From NCBI GenBank assembly GCA_002104905.1, contig MCFE01000200.1:1-64000 (forward strand): a stretch of DNA of 64,000 bases, read 5' to 3'. A program made the position numbers and the translations under genes. Below, in pieces: positions 9,714-26,734 of this stretch (its first letter is position 1; each line of letters begins with the position of its first letter). This DNA comes from Basidiobolus meristosporus CBS 931.73. Lineage: Eukaryota; Fungi; Basidiobolomycota. The notes beneath the pieces were generated by a model, which saw only the letters and a program-made list of their open reading frames with translations, had not been told where the DNA came from and did not search any database.

Positions 9714-12700
9714 CTACTCCAACCTGCGGCGGGTGGCCTGTGGCAATTCCTCCTCCTCCTCGGAATCGGAGAGCTGTCATGGTGGTGACCGTTAGTGCCC
9801 GGTGGTTGCTCCAAGGCTCATACTTGCTCATACCTCGCGTTTCCCGCTAGGAATCTCCACTAGGACGGTGGATTTTTTGGAATAGCTCTTGAGGATGCGG
9901 GACCTAAACCAAGCCAACTTAGTGATTCCACGCAGTGTTGAACAAGGCAGTTAAGGTGCTTACTGTGGCACCGCAGATTCTTCGTCGTCGCTCTCATCCT
10001 CTGGCTCTTCCTCCGAATAGTCGTCTACCATCGATCCGATGTTCGCCTTGGCGCGGCGGGGGGTCATGCTGTGGAAACGGTTAATCCGCTGCTCATTCGT
10101 CGGTGAGCGTGTATACTAACGTTCTGGTGGGTTGTGCGACTGCCTTGACTCGAGGTGTTTTGGGGGTTCTAGGGACCTTAGGGGCCTTGACCGGTGTGCC
10201 GGGAGGCTTGGCTTTCTTTTCCCGCTCGGGCTTGAACAAAACACGTGGCGTTAACCGTCAACATTCTCTTGGTCGTTCGCGAGCACGGCATCGATTGCTT
10301 ACCTTCTCCGTCCTGACTCCACGATGCGCTTGTGCAGAGATTCTGGTGCGTTTGAACTCGTCAGGAAGATACACCTGCATCACCACCTCGCTGGAGTCGA
10401 GCAGTGTCTCGAACAAATCCATCGGGAGCTTGACCTGGCCGGGGTACGATGCCAGAGTCCAGCCAGCCGAGTGACTCTTTTCTTGCACCAGGAGCTGGGC
10501 CATTTCACTCAAGATGTACAGATTCTACACGACGCAAGGCTTAGTAGGGTGATCCCTTCGATCGCCCAACAAAAGCCAACTTACCTCGGTCTTGGGCGGG
10601 GTGATCCTGTCCCGTACGGTCTTCAGTTGAACGATGATGTGGTAGATCAGTGCAATGTTCTCGGCGTTTGCTATGTTTTCGAGGTAGAATTCTATGTATC
10701 TAGTGGGATGATGATTGGTGAGACGAGATGTCGCGCGTGACGTCTTCTGCAATTGAACCTACTTGACAAAGAGCTTAAGGTCATTCAATTCTTTACTGAA
10801 GTCCGGATGGTGCGCCAGGAGATGGATCAGTCTGGCCGAAATCACCTCGAACAGCGAGGGGTTGTTTTCACGAATGGCTCGAGAGGACGTCTGTCGGTAG
10901 AAGAATCCTTTGACCATGGTCCGGATTTCCTTTTCGGGGTCATGAGCGACCAGGAAGAGGATCGGCAGGTAGCGAACGTGCAACACTTTGCGGCCAAGGT
11001 ATTTGATGAGCTTCGACACGAAGGCGGAACGGACTTGGAAGCAAGGATCCTGAAGATCGAGGGGTTACCGCTGTGAGCAAAGTGGATGGAGCACGAATTG
11101 GGCTTCGTGAATGTTACCTGTGCAGTAAGTGCGAGCCAGTTGAAGTCCGATTGCGCGATCATCTTCTCGTAGACGGGGTGGCGAGCCAGCTTCAAAACGG
11201 AAACCGCTGCGGCCAGGCGTAGGTACGAGCGATGAACCGGGCTAATCTACATGTTAGTCCAGCACTCGTTGGGTTTGATGAAGTGAGGAACTTACTTTGT
11301 GGAGTCGCCACCAAGGATCTCTCCGTTTTCCTTGATGATCTTCCAAAGCATTTTGAAGGCAGGCTGCGCAAGCTCATGGTTGATCTCATCGTTTGCCAAC
11401 CCGATAAGGCGATTAACTAGGATCTTGATTCCATACAGCTACACCCAAGGTTGGCCTGTTAGCAAGGCAGAATAGACCAACAAGTCGAGTGCCATTCCAC
11501 ATACCTTGGCCTTACACTCGTCATGTATCTTTTCGTACTCCTCCCATTCCTCCTCGGACGAGCCGGATTCCTGCGGGGATTCAGAAATGAGTGGCTGATG
11601 ACTGACCATTACGACGAAACATCCGTACCACTTGTGATGGCTGCATCAGAATGTTCTTCACAACAAACGGGATCACGCTGTCGCTATAACTCTCGAACGC
11701 TTCGGGCGCGTGTAGCACGATCTGGCTTAGCGCGCTCAAGTGGCTTAGAAGATGTGGCGAGTCCGAAGATAGATTAGGCACGATTTCCTGGTTGAGCAAT
11801 GCCCTTGAGTCACGAATACAATGCGCTGTTGTGGGGCAAGCGGGATTACCTGTAGGATTTGACTGCAATACTGCTCTTTGGCCTGAGCATGGCAAATGAT
11901 AATGGTGGCAAACTTGGCCTGGGATGGCCCGCCTTCCAATATGCATTGAACCAGTCGGTTCAATGATTTCCTGTTCGGTCGAGTAGTCAGTGTTAGTCTG
12001 GGTTGGAGAAGGAAATTCCGTTGGTTCCACATACGGATCGTTGGGTGTCTCCTCCGGGAATGCCTTGACGAACTGCGACAAAGCCTCCAGCCCATCGGCC
12101 ACTGTAGAAGCATGGTAAGCAACAACGCTGTCTAGACGGGTGATAGAGGCAACCTTACCAAGGGTAGAGCTTTCCTCCTGAAGTAGTTTGGCGAAGTCTT
12201 TGACATGGGTTCGATACAGCATGGGGAACATGGTGGAGATATCCTTGTGACAGATGTGTTGGTAAGTCGCTGCATTACTACCTCCGAATGGGTCTAAAAT
12301 ACCTTTAGCAATCCGTGGGCGACGGCACCGAGACTACTGTCTCCCAAGTCCTCAGGGCTGGTGGATTTGATTAGACGAACCAGATACGGGATCAAGTTCT
12401 TGTTCACGATGGTAAGACTCGCGCGACGCACGAATATCGAGAAGGTGTCCAACAGGGAGGAGGAGGTTTGCTCGAGTCGCTTCAGGAATACGCCCTGCAG
12501 AAAAATGGGTCAGATCTTGGACGATGTGGCTGTGACCGAACATGACATACGCTGGCTTTCTTGATGGACTTGTAGTCGGCATCGATGTCCAAGAACTCCT
12601 TGAACGCCTTGTAGAGGCGAGCATCGGTGATTTTAGCAAACTTCGACAGGTGTGTGGCAGCCTTGGTAGGGTCGGGGAATTTGTCTGGTGCAAGAGAATA

Positions 12701-15182
12701 TCAGCCGCAGTTGTCTGACTGGGCGCAGAATACTGAACATACCAGAAATCCGCTTGATGATTTGATGAAGTATATTCTCGGTCTTCTCGTCCGCATTGCC
12801 GCTCTGTTTGTTAGGCTGGTGTTAATCAACGTGCTAAAGGGAGTCCTAAAGTGACTGCTAGTTACGTTGTATTTCTCGCAGAAGTCCAAGTACATCAGCC
12901 CCTCTTTGATGATTCTACACATATGCCGAGAGGTTAGTGGGAATTCGCCACAACAGCCGTCATGCTACCTACACAGATTGTCTACTGATCAAGGCAAGGA
13001 AGGCCTTTCTAGCCTTCTCATCCAGAGAGCCCAGGACAATCAACACTCGCTCCGAGCGCTGCTCGTCATCGTTATTTGCAGGGAAGATATCGTCGTGAAT
13101 GGCCTTCTCGACCGCGGCGCTGTGATATCAATGGTTTAGAAGGTGGTGTCAGCGATGGCCAAAACTGGGCTTACAAGGTTTCGTTGTCGTCGATGTAGAA
13201 TAGCTTGAACAGAATATTCGGAATCCATCCGAATTTGGAGACCACCGAAATGTCTTGGTTGGCGCTAGCGTGCATCCTCGTTAGTAACAGCAGGTGGAAG
13301 CGTGATCGACCATGGACTGCTTACATCTCGTTGTAGGCTAGGTTGTATAAATGGCCAAGGGTTTTGATGGCCTCCTGGCGCGGGCCGATCTAAGCATTCT
13401 ACAGTTAGCAGCTGAATCCCCACTTTATCGCAACTCGGGCTATACCAACCTTCTTGTCACGGCAACGATGGCCGATCTGGATGAGCAACTCTTTGTCGAC
13501 CAGGTCAAAGATCGTTTGGAACTCCAGTCTCCCAAGCGCTTTACACACGCTGATGCGGACTTTCTCCTCGGGATCGGATGATTTCGAGATAAGGCACTCT
13601 ATCACAGCATGCGGTTAAGTATCGCCATCCGGGACATGAATTCGGCGCTACTTACGGATCACGTCTTTGCCCAGCTCGGGATGGTTGGTCAGCAAATCCA
13701 CCGAGAAATCAACCCAGGCACATCTGAGCGCTGTCACCTTGTCGTTGCGTCTGTGCAGAAAAGCATAAGTACGGGCGTAGAATCATGGGGATGGGTGCGG
13801 ATCTACCTCTGGAGCCACGACTTCCATACGGTGGGGTAGGATTTGGCTAATGACGTTCCAGTCTCGGCAAACATTTCCCCCAAGATGGTGGTGGCCAAGG
13901 TTCTCAGATTCAGGTCGTCCAGCTAGCAATCGGTTAGTATGGATGCGCTGTACGAGGGATCGCCACAGGTTTCTCCTACCGTCAACTCCTCCTCCAGCTG
14001 AGGAATCACATTTAGCAACAGTCCAGGCGTGACTCTATTCAGCTCTTTGATCAGCTGATGGGCTGTACGATAATCCTCCATGTCCTCCTGGGTCGTTCCC
14101 TCCTTGCCAGCCGCCAAGATCACATCGGCAAAGTACTATGAAGGCTGGAGTGTTAGCCAAGCTGTCTCTGCCTAATCTAACGAGGATTCCCAGTTACCTG
14201 GCACACATAGCGCTGCAAGCGGTCTGCGGTTCCGTTACACAGATCGGTGGCCATTTTGAAGGCGGCGGGGTTTTCTTCTTGGCGTCTCTTGAGGAACTGA
14301 GCCAGGATGATGTCGACCACATCCTGGGGCAGCGAGGAGCCTTCGTCGATCAGCTGCTGGAGGATGTCGACCATACACAGCTGTACGTTTTTGGATTGCT
14401 CGTCACTAGCAATCGAACGTGGTTGGGTGCTCAGTGTCTTGGATGTATGCTGCATGGAATGAAGTGCACTTACTGGACGATGTCGAAGAAGGTGCGGAAG
14501 AAGTCGGTGATCAGTTCGTCGGCGTTGTTCAGGTCAACCACCAGCACTACGCTCTTGACGGTGGAAAGACTTTCCAGAAGGTAGAAGTAAAGGGGGAAGT
14601 AGGGGTTCACACTCTGGCCGACATACTGCAACTGCTTGACGAAAAAATCAAACACATCCTACGATGAAATTCACCCACGTTATCAGCCTGCGTCTGGCAT
14701 AAAATATCCCCGGTCCGGGTCGGCACTTACTCTCAGCTCACGATCGGTGTACGGCGCGTCTGGCGCATATAATCTCAACAGATCCGCAATACAGCAGGCT
14801 ACATGAATTCTTACGCCCTTGTCTTTATGGCGCATCAAGGAGGAACTGAGTAGCTCGCGTGTGACCGTCGACATCGATTGTGTATCTACTTCCTCTTGGT
14901 CGAGATGAGCCAGTTCGTTGTGCAAGTTCTAGAGAGGGAGAAGTTTTCGGGATTAGCCAAAGGGTGCGAGCTCGAGTTGACCGACAGTGAAGGGGACGGG
15001 AAAGGGAAAGGGCGGTTGCGTTTGGAAGGGGGAAACCAGACAGGAGAAGGGAAAGAAACCGGGTTTACTTTTAATCTCTTCATGAGCTCATTGGTGGCAA
15101 GTGGTTTGGCGGTGCTTGAAAGCTTTTGGTTGAATTTCAGCTTCTTAAGGGCCGAAGTGTCCCGTTGCTCTTCGGAATCCAT
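9714..15182 (-). CDS. PDS5: Sister chromatid cohesion protein Pds5 (multi-exon HEAT-repeat protein)
   Basis: N-terminal exons KLKFNQKL...LMKRLK, HKDKGVRIHVACCIADLLRLYAPDAPYT, FYLLESLSTVKSVVL; later RVTPGLLLNVIPQLEEEL and DPEEKVRISVCKAL. Last two short exons (SRILKSYSKK...KRE / LSDSEEEEELPQATRRRLE*) inferred from GTAAGC/GTATGA donors and CACTAA(C) branch points. Internal exon boundaries not all resolved. Confidence 0.93.
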
Positions 15183-15650
15183 GATGTGGGCTCTAAAGTG
15201 ATTCTAGCGTAGGCAATAGATGGGGTTGGTGGATATACGATAGTCTAGATGGCACGAATTTCAACTGGAAATGCGTGGGTGTTGTGAAGTAGTGTGTGGT
15301 AAATACAAGAAACCCAGGAATCAGTGAGATAGGTCGAAAACGCGTCGAAATCGTGTTTTACCGATCACGCAGCCTCGCTTTATTATTATGTTTTTTGTAA
15401 GTTTTCAATGACTCGACACATTCCTATCTTGGCCAGCACTCTTAAGGTTAATTTCAGTGTAAACAATGCACTCATCCATCGCCATCAGTAAACCAATCAA
15501 GAGACCCCAGAAATCACCGCCAATGGTTTGGAATTCAATGGAGAAATGGTCGATTTATTGGCAAAAGAAAGGTCATCAAATGTAAAATTACAAAGCCGGT
15601 TCAAGTATGAAAGAGATTTGATTGAAGGTGTTCTAAAGCACGGTTAGAGC

Positions 15651-16278
15651 TTAGTCGTCGTCGGTAACGCCGTAGCGACTACAGTACAGACAAAGGTTAA
15701 TCTCAGCTGAAAGCGGGTGTTTGTTAGACGCAATACCTCTTAAGCTCATTCAGTTCCTCCTCCTTCTTGGCGAGGTTCATTTTCTTGGTTTGCTTGTTGG
15801 GCTGATAGTATAATACAATTAAATATCTTCCAAGAATGTTGAAGCCTTGAAGATGATCACAGGCAGATTTGGCGTCGAAGATGTCCTCGTATACTACAAA
15901 CGCTGTACCACGAGTGTCCGCGGCCGTACCACTACATAGACAGTTCGGTTGGTTAGTCTGCCAAGTCGGATGCGATATTCAGGCGAACTTACACCCGGAT
16001 CTGACGGATCGGTCCGTATTTTCCAAAGATATCGTACATCTCTTCGGCGGTGATTTTGAAAGGAAGGTTTCTGGTGAAATTGAAGACTAGGGGTCAGAGA
16101 TTTGGGCCGAGTTGTTTGCAGTCGTGAGATCTACACTTACTTCACGAATAAGGCGCGATTGACCTCCGGAGGCAAACGAACCTAAAACAGAACGGTTTAG
16201 CGGGAAATCGGGATGGTCTGGAGTTTGATCGGACTCTCTACATACGTTTGCCTTCGCTTTTGCTGCTGCCATAGCCAT
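15651..16278 (-). CDS. SF3B6: Splicing factor 3B subunit 6 (p14, RRM), 5 exons
   Basis: Spliced translation gives [42 protein letters not shown]...[38 protein letters not shown], the p14 signature. Confidence 0.93.
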
Positions 16279-16363
16279 CTTGTAAATCAACTGTCGAAGG
16301 GAACCTCGAAAGTAGTTTACTCTCCCACTCACGGTATCGATGTGCAAAATCCCCTATCCCATG

Positions 16364-16371
16364 TCACGTGA
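16364..16371. promoter_or_regulatory. Palindromic E-box TCACGTGA upstream of SF3B6
   Basis: gTCACGTGAt about 90 bp upstream of the ATG; matches the Cbf1/USF consensus RTCACGTG. Confidence 0.45.
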
Positions 16372-16605
16372 TACGAGGACATTATATTCAGATTTAACAG
16401 GAGAATGGGAAATTTTTTTCTAAATTCATGATGCATTTGCATTGACGCCACCAGCTCATTAGACCTGTCACCCAACATCCACCGCCCACACACCACACAA
16501 TAAAAGCTTGGATGCGTTGAATTTATTCTTGTGGAAGTAGAGACATAATGTGCAAATGGAAAATGGAGAACCGGTTAGGAATTCTATTGAATGCGGGTTA
16601 GTATA

Positions 16606-17412
16606 TTAAGCGGTTGCTTCGGCAGTCTCCTTAGGCTTGGCGATCGATCTTCTTCTGGATTGGAAGGGGAGTTGGAAGCCGGACAAAAGCAATCTGGCTT
16701 CGGTGTCGGAGTAACCGGTGGTGTTGACGGTGACATCGAACCCGGTCATCTTGGGGATCATATCGTAGATCCCTTCGATATCTGGGAAGAGTCCCATGGC
16801 CTCGGCGGGAAATCCGAACGCGATGTTGCCGTTACCATCCCCAGAGTTTTCGCGCAGTCCCTGGTATTCCTTCATGCGTGGAAGCACGATTTCGGTGACC
16901 TTCTCTATGAAGGAGTACATCTTTTCTCCCTCCAAGGTGACCCGGCATCCGACGGGCATGCCTCGACGCAACTTCCAGGGAGCGGCATCGCTCTTGGCGA
17001 ACACAGGCTCGGGGCATTGTCCGGTGATGCATTGAAGGGAGATGAAAGCACTTAAAAGATTGTACTTGTTGTAGACTGCGTCTTTCATGTAGCAGTGAAC
17101 GACGATCTTTTTGAGCTGGGGGATGTGTTCGTGGTTCTTGGTAGGAGGATTGGGCTTTCTAGGATACTTCTTGAAAAGTCTGGGCTTTCCGGAGAGGGTG
17201 GGAAGATCGGATTTCGGAGTGGGCTTCACGTGTTCGTAGTTCAAAATCATGAGGTCATCCTCCACGTTGTGGTGGTAGTGTTCCTTCAAGCGAATAAGGT
17301 TGGAGGTGGCAATGGTGGTGGTGAAGTTGCGGCTGGAGATTCCGTTGCGAGCCAACATGGAGCCGGCGCTGGCTCTAAGACCGGTACGAAGCAGACTGGC
17401 GGAGGCGTTCAT
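16606..17412 (-). CDS. MRPL7: Mitochondrial large ribosomal subunit protein uL5m, 268 aa
   Basis: Arg/Ser-rich presequence-like N-terminus; L5 motifs PQLKKIVVH, WKLRRGMPVGCRVTL, GDGNGNIAFG, GFDVTVNTT. Confidence 0.9.
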   Translation of the reverse strand: MNASASLLRTGLRASAGSMLARNGISSRNFTTTIATSNLIRLKEHYHHNVEDDLMILNYEHVKPTPKSDLPTLSGKPRLFKKYPRKPNPPTKNHEHIPQLKKIVVHCYMKDAVYNKYNLLSAFISLQCITGQCPEPVFAKSDAAPWKLRRGMPVGCRVTLEGEKMYSFIEKVTEIVLPRMKEYQGLRENSGDGNGNIAFGFPAEAMGLFPDIEGIYDMIPKMTGFDVTVNTTGYSDTEARLLLSGFQLPFQSRRRSIAKPKETAEATA

Positions 17413-17594
17413 ATTGGTTATCTGTATTTTTCCCGAACGAGGTTAGTGGTGTTTCTCGGGCGAGGGGGGGGGGGGTAAATGGGTCGAAAGATACTTGCCA
17501 GTGCCGAGAGTTTTCGTACGAAAGAGAAAGACCAATATTTCTTGGTTCACTTGTGCCCTTCGCGAGAATCACCGCTTAGTGAGAATTTTTGGGA

Positions 17595-17617
17595 TGAAAT
17601 TTTCACCCTCACGTGAC
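17595..17617. promoter_or_regulatory. RRPE-like TGAAATTTTCA plus E-box TCACGTGAC upstream of MRPL7
   Basis: tgaaattttca at 17595-17605 and tcacgtgac at 17609-17617. Confidence 0.45.
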
Positions 17618-17791
17618 CATGAGGGTTGTGTCTGTGAAGCCACTTAATCAGGCCTGATCACTCAGTAGCCGTTGGAGATCATGCAGAGGATGGATATGAA
17701 GATGGACTGGCACGCGATTTATTAAGGGCTGCTGATGTTTCTACGACGACGTCTCGAGGTTCGAGTGAAAGCAACTAACAATAGGTGGTGT

Positions 17792-22776
<4,985 letters not shown>

Positions 22777-23668
22777 TGCATGTACTATAGGGCTATAGCG
22801 TCTAAGAGCGGGTGGAATCGGAGCAACTAAATCAGGATTCAAATAAACATTCGCTTCCAAAAGGTATACACTGTCGGTTCAAAAGAGATTCCTACCAGGT
22901 CAAATACATTGATATGCAAAACACCCACGTTCCAAGTACTCAGAGGAAACTCGCTCGGTGATACGAAGTAGGAAATCTCTATTGATGTAGTGTTGAGAAG
23001 AAGAGGAACCAGGCAATATGAGGTGCCGTTGGTCAAGAAAATCGTGGTGGAAAGGGTGTAACCAAAGGGAGAAAGATATGGTCGAATATCTCCGTGTTGA
23101 TAATAAAATACTAAAATAGAAACCAATAGAAATCCAGTGAAGTTTATTTAAGAACCATGGGATGGCACTTTGATGAAAGCACCCCTCGTTTTGATACTGA
23201 ACATCGATCAGTCGACGCTTAGCACTGGTTGACTCATCCAGGTAAACAGCCTCGAGTATGAATGTGTTGGTTGCATTGACACAAACAATCGCCGAAGCAA
23301 CCGCTGGCAACATCCGTTCCCCACCATCTACTGCATGGCAGAGGTGGGGTAGAATATGGGCACTGCATCTTGAGCGTGTTCAGGGCCACTGCAGCGCACA
23401 TGTTGCCCTTGACAGAGGCGGTTCTTTCGAACGATGCTGGTGATAGCGAATTGCTATAAAAGGGCCGTTCCTGACAACATCATTCAACAAATTATTGTGA
23501 TCGCATCAATCATCTAGTTGATGTGGTACAGCATACACCCTTCATACGATATGGTTGGCGAAGGTTGATTAAGTGAACCGGTTGCCAGTCACGTTGTTGA
23601 TGCGAGCATATAAGTAGCCGTCAAATGCTAGACAACCCGACCCACCGCCACGCCCTCTGTACATAGTG

Positions 23669-23995
23669 ATGTTCTGTTCACCAAGCCCTGTCCCATCTCC
23701 AGCTCCCAACCGGGCTTTACGTGGCAAACCCTCCCTTACGAGCCTGACCTCTCATCTACGTAAGCTAGCGCGTAAAGTGACATTCAGAAACCTGCGTGTT
23801 GGGAGGCGGGCCCAGGAGTCAGAGAGCGATGGTGGTGTCAACCCGATGCACTCTGCATTAATGCAGCTCAAATCAGTGCAGGACTTCGACGACATGATAG
23901 AGAATGGATTCCTGGTGGATGTGGAGACTGGATTTCGAGAACCTACTGTTCGATTCTCCATCACTCCAATACTAGCCCGGGATAGTAGTGTGTAA
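23669..23995 (+). CDS. Small hypothetical protein (108 aa) with C-terminal FxxM(I/L)xNGF...TxxFSITP motif
   Basis: ATG-initiated ORF with TATA-like catataag about 55 bp upstream; C-terminus aligns with the ORF at 25674-26129. Confidence 0.55.
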   Translation: MFCSPSPVPSPAPNRALRGKPSLTSLTSHLRKLARKVTFRNLRVGRRAQESESDGGVNPMHSALMQLKSVQDFDDMIENGFLVDVETGFREPTVRFSITPILARDSSV

Positions 23996-24090
23996 ATACC
24001 GAACATCCCTTTTGTCACATAGTTTTCCGTTGTCTGCACATATGTTTCGCTGTATTGTTTCGCTATGTTTCGCTATGGTTCTTTCATTGA

Positions 24091-25231
24091 TTAATAAACC
24101 TCTGCCTCATGGCAGTAATAATCCGCGTGATAGGTCACCTCCGGCACCTTGGCTATCCAGGTGATCTCGGGAATATGGAGGCGTACGATGAATTGCAGAG
24201 GGGTGGTGTTCTTGGTGGCCAGCTGGAGGAGTTCTGGAACACAGGCATGTGCCAAGCGTGTCCAGGTGCGATCGGTCACGTTCGAGAACTGGTACCTGAG
24301 TTGATACGGGACTTCAAACATATGCTCCTTGCTACCAGCCAGATAGATGTCCCTTCTAGCTCCATATCCCAGATCGCCGTATTTGAGATGATCCTGTCCC
24401 TGCAAGAAAATGGTGGTTTGAATCCAATCTCTACCCACAGACCCGGGAAATATCACTTACGAAGAATTCTATCTTGTTCAGGTGAAGTGGTAGAACGTTG
24501 TAATTGTTGATGTTGATGCGGAGAGTGAGGTTTTGGTGGTAGTAGTATGGCAACGTCCGGATATTCACCTCTGGTGCTCCATGGACCAGGAGTCCTTGAA
24601 TCTGGCCAGAGGGCACCTTGGGCCAAAGAAGCCAGGCAGAAACCCCAACCGCAATTATCACGATGAAGACAATGAAAACACATACTTTGCGTGGAATGCA
24701 ACAACAGCAGCAGCGACAAGAGGCACAAGCTCTGCGGCGTTTCTTTGGCTCCGTTGCTCCTTGGCTATTTCCGGAGGGAGTGATGGCGAACTGTATGCTG
24801 TTGGTTTCCCCGCGGTCGAAGGTGTATGGGAAAGTTGGAGACGGGAGTGCGGGCGAAACGGGGTTTGGGCTACGATTGGGTATCCCGATTGGGGTATGAG
24901 GGGTATGAGGGGGATTCGGTTTTCTTGGACTTCGATGCGCATGATTTGATGGAATACCAGAAATACGCTTGGCTTTGTTGCGTTCAGAGTGGGGTGGCCG
25001 GGCTGCAGTGGGCACCAAATCATTCTGGCTTGACAGTCGACGAGCTGGGTGAGCTACGCTGCTGGGACGAGAGGTATTGGTTTCCGTATTGCAGCTATTC
25101 AGTGGATAGGCTCGGGAGTAGGATGAAGTGAATGGTAAGTAAGGCCCATCAAACCCCTCTAGTTCGTCAGCTGATGGCCTGGTAGTATGCGGTGCCAAAG
25201 GCCCTGTGCTCGAAGGCGGCTGGGCGCTCAT
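24091..25231 (-). CDS. Single-pass type II membrane protein, LEA_2/NDR1-like extracellular domain, 2 exons (25231-24461, 24399-24091)
   Basis: Pro-rich N-terminus, CRCCCCC cluster, TM helix VCVFIVFIVIIAVGVSAWLLW followed by PKVP, then beta-rich NLTLRININNYN...LHLNKI. The 61-nt GT-AG intron restores the frame. The domain call rests on pattern resemblance only. Confidence 0.72.
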
Positions 25232-25569
25232 GTAGTAGCTTGAAGCGTCACACTACAGACAAAGATTTGCATTCAACCTGGCTGCATCAGAGATAATATA
25301 TGAGCAATCAGAGTTCTCACCAAAAAGAGTATAATTTAAACTCCACCTTGGAAATCTTCGTAGAACGGCCCGGCTATCCAATCAGGTGGACCGGAAAAGT
25401 TGAACTCAATCATCTTATTGTAGTGCGATGGACTCTAATTAGCAGTGAGCCTCCTTTATTGGACAAATGTACAAACCACAGTAGCAGTCATTATCAGCAT
25501 CGGCACCACCACCACCACCACACTCAGCACCCAACATGGGTAGAGTGATCAAGATAGGCGGGATGTACC

Positions 25570-25636
25570 ACTGCTAGAACTAATCACTCCTTTATCTACT
25601 GCCAGAACTAATCACTCCTTTATCTACTGCTAGAAC
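25570..25636 (+). repeat. 28-bp tandem repeat (2 full copies plus a partial; degenerate copy to about 25676)
   Basis: actgc(t/c)agaactaatcactcctttatct at 25570-25597 and 25598-25625. Confidence 0.85.
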
Positions 25637-25673
25637 CGATGCTCAACCACTCTAATCACCCCTTTGTCCACTG

Positions 25674-26129
25674 CTATATTGAAATATTGTGTCTCAGGAT
25701 GGTCGGAGTGATCGAGAATGAAATAGTCATCTCCTGGTGACCAGATTCATCAACAAATCCATTGGCCAGCATGTGTTCGAAGCTGGGCACCATCCGCATT
25801 TTCTTCCGGGCCTCTTCAAGGTTGGTTTCCCTTATCGTGCTCTCCAAGGGCCAGATGAGCGGACGGCTGGCTTTGCTGATGGAGAAGTAGCAAAGGGATT
25901 TCTCTGGCAGTGCCAAATCCGAATTAGCTGCGGCTGTCGACTGGAAGACGGTATCCAGAGGGATGGTGCGATGGAGCAGGACGGCCTTCTTCGGTGTGGC
26001 AGGGGTATTCAGTGAAAGATCAGATGAGACTGGCTGGAACCCAAATCCTTCCAGCTCATAATTGGTAAACAAGTGGGTCTTGGCCACCTGGATCGACTGG
26101 AGGGGGTTGAAGCGATGTTTGTCACCCAT
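25674..26129 (-). CDS. Small hypothetical protein (about 151 aa), paralogous C-terminus to 23669-23995
   Basis: ORF from ATG 26129; ends SFEHMLANGFVDESGHQEMTISFSITPTILRHNISI*. Confidence 0.55.
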   Translation of the reverse strand: MGDKHRFNPLQSIQVAKTHLFTNYELEGFGFQPVSSDLSLNTPATPKKAVLLHRTIPLDTVFQSTAAANSDLALPEKSLCYFSISKASRPLIWPLESTIRETNLEEARKKMRMVPSFEHMLANGFVDESGHQEMTISFSITPTILRHNISI

Positions 26130-26734
26130 GATTGCCACCAAGCAGAAAAGAACCTCGTTTCCCCAAATCGCTTATGTATTTGTTCCACCTGCGTGGCACA
26201 GCGCTTGCCTGAAACACACACTAGCCTGAAATCATTTCGTCACCAACACCTCTGGGCGCCACAACGCAGTCAAACGATCAAGTTGAAACCGCGTCAAGGC
26301 AACCGGGGTCTAGACTTTGACCGGGGTTGTCATCGGCCAAAACCAATATTCCCCAGCATATTTGTACATCTATTGTCTATGCACTCATTGGCATACTGGC
26401 GCTAGGATGATTCCAGTATTGGCCGTGGGAGTACTGGTAATGTCCATAACGTGTCGGAACGAGGCCCATGGATAGCCACCATATATAAACCTGTATTACC
26501 CAGCATTCCGATCATCGTCCATCATTCTGTTATCCGTTAGATTCTAGACCAATCACCCGGGCACTCTTCTTTATGCAGAACCGGTACATAAGCAACCAAA
26601 CCTCCGTGGATCGCATATACCCTCACATCCACCATCAACCCCCCTCACACACCACACCCTCATCACTTGCATCATTGTTTCTGGATTTGTCAATATAAGG
26701 TGCTCTCTTGCTGCCCATCCTTTCAACCACTACC

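Noticed and set aside
9254-9850. ORFs 9254-9655, 9586-9831 and 9665-9850
   Set aside because: They overlap the terminal Pds5 exons/3' UTR in other frames, and there is no independent coding evidence.
12238-12245. ATATCCTT U12-type donor motif
   Set aside because: It lies on the strand opposite Pds5; all introns I resolved are GT-AG U2-type.
22900-23443. ORFs between YAK1 and the small + strand gene
   Set aside because: Non-ATG starts or no recognisable features; probably UTR or promoter.
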